DNA of 64,000 nucleotides from Deltaproteobacteria bacterium (GTDB lineage Bacteria; Myxococcota; Kuafuiibacteriia; Kuafuiibacteriales; Kuafuiibacteriaceae): NCBI GenBank assembly GCA_040218735.1, contig JAVJQW010000015.1, positions 1 to 64,000 of the forward strand, read 5' to 3'. Shown piece by piece: positions 62,654 to 64,000 of this stretch (position 1 is its first letter; each line of letters starts with the position of its first letter). The notes under the pieces were generated by a model. It saw only the letters and a program-made list of their open reading frames with translations, ran no database searches and was not told where the DNA came from. The position numbers and the translations under genes were made by a program.

Positions 62654-64000
62654 TCAGATCTCCCGGTTGTTCCCGCCGACGAGCTCTTCGCCGGCCTTGA
62701 TACGAATCGTGTAGTCGAGCTGGAGCGTCCGCTCGCCGCCGGGGGCGACGTCCACGTTCCAGCGGTGGCCCCCGCGCAGCAGCGCGTCCTTCGGCTCGTA
62801 CGCCGCCCACTCGGGGACGACGCGGTCGACGGTGACGCGCACGTCGTCGTCGCGCTCCTGCGCCGCGGGCAGTCGCTCCCGAACTTCGAGCGTCGCGGTG
62901 CGCGGCAGGTGGTTTCGAAGCTCGATCCGAACCTGGTGCGCGAGGTCCCGCGACCCACGAATCAGCCCGGTCGTGTGCTCCGCGAAGTGCACGTTGCGCG
63001 ACACCTTGATCGCCTGCTCGACGCCCAGCCCGATCTGCACTTCACCGCGCGCCGCGGTGGTCGCGAGGTCGACCGTCGAGAGGTACGCGTCGTCCACGTA
63101 CACGTCGACCGGGCCCGCGAGCAGCGGCGCCGCGAGCGGGTTCTCGAGGTGAACCTCCCGAAACACGTCGCGCGACGCCCGCGGCACGACGACGTACTTC
63201 GGCGCGGCCTGCGCGGAGCGGAGCGCGAGCGGGACGCTCTGATCGCGGCCGTCGGACGGCACATCGTTGCGGCCCATCGCGTCGTACGCGTAGTCGAAGC
63301 CGTCGTGTCGCTGCGCGAACACGTGGCGCGGGGCGGGCGCGCCGAGCTCTACGCTCTCTGCGCTGCGCTCGGCGACTTCGATCGCCTGGACCAGCTCGAA
63401 CTGCACGCTCAGCCGCTGCGCGATCAGTACGCGTCGGTACCGGTCGAAGCGGTCCTCGTGCACGAGCTCGCCGCGTCGTTGCTCGTCGATCCCCGCGAGG
63501 TAGAGGCTGCCGTAGTCGAGGAGGCGACGCGACATCACGATCTCCGGCTCGACGGGACGCGGTCGTCGCGGTGCTGCGCCGGCCCGCTTCGTGGGCATCC
63601 CGCCGCCGAAGCCGATCGACATCATCGAGCGCGACGCCGCGGCGGGCGGCGGCGCGGCGCACATCTCGAGGTCGGCCGTCACGGCACCCTCGGCGAACCC
63701 GCCAACACCCCTCGAAGCGTCGAGGGATTTGTCCGCGATGGCTCGCTGCATCACCGGGCGGGAGCGCGTAGGCTCCTCGAACACGTCGTGCAGTGGTTCT
63801 TCGCGGGCGAAGAGCTCCGCAGCGGTGTCGTCGTCGAAGTCCTCGATCGGTTCGGGGGGCGGCGGGCCGCCAAACACACGATCGAAGTCGGCGAACAGCG
63901 CGCCGGTCCCGGTCGGCGCGGGGCGCCACCGCGGTTCGCGTCGCGGCTGCGCACGTCCGACGCGGAGCGACTCCAGCTTGGGCAGCTCGACCCACTGTTG
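62654..64000 (-). CDS. DUF4139-domain protein, 5' partial
   Basis: Frame open to the window edge; VPSDG, NP..APLLAGPVDVY and ELVGGNNRE motifs. Confidence 0.85.
   Translation of the reverse strand, partial: QQWVELPKLESLRVGRAQPRREPRWRPAPTGTGALFADFDRVFGGPPPPEPIEDFDDDTAAELFAREEPLHDVFEEPTRSRPVMQRAIADKSLDASRGVGGFAEGAVTADLEMCAAPPPAAASRSMMSIGFGGGMPTKRAGAAPRRPRPVEPEIVMSRRLLDYGSLYLAGIDEQRRGELVHEDRFDRYRRVLIAQRLSVQFELVQAIEVAERSAESVELGAPAPRHVFAQRHDGFDYAYDAMGRNDVPSDGRDQSVPLALRSAQAAPKYVVVPRASRDVFREVHLENPLAAPLLAGPVDVYVDDAYLSTVDLATTAARGEVQIGLGVEQAIKVSRNVHFAEHTTGLIRGSRDLAHQVRIELRNHLPRTATLEVRERLPAAQERDDDVRVTVDRVVPEWAAYEPKDALLRGGHRWNVDVAPGGERTLQLDYTIRIKAGEELVGGNNREI

Overview
High-GC bacterial DNA with Myxococcota-like gene content (MYXO-CTERM-like motif, Cys-rich lipoproteins, DUF1592/DUF1552 pair, Ser/Thr kinase with ECF sigma). 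It holds about 43 CDSs; I saw no rRNA, tRNA, CRISPR array, integrase or transposase. Positions 1-40.4 kb carry a TerB/M48 pair, an ECF sigma/anti-sigma/CHAT protease module, ABC transporters, lipid and acyl-CoA enzymes, and large surface proteins. The main finding is a ~20.7 kb locus (40.4-61.1 kb) that looks like a Sec-exported, lipoprotein-anchored Tc-like toxin complex. It encodes a Cys-rich lipoprotein with a TcA-like C-terminus, a signal-peptide-bearing TcB-TcC (SpvB/FG-GAP/RHS) fusion with a Lys-rich cargo and no immunity gene, a fibre-like protein, two more lipoproteins, and a Ser/Thr kinase plus ECF sigma. All three structural transcription units are preceded by the same bipartite motif, CCGATGTCG-N18-CGGCTG, which is probably the promoter of that sigma. 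Family assignments come from motif recognition by eye; no database search was run.
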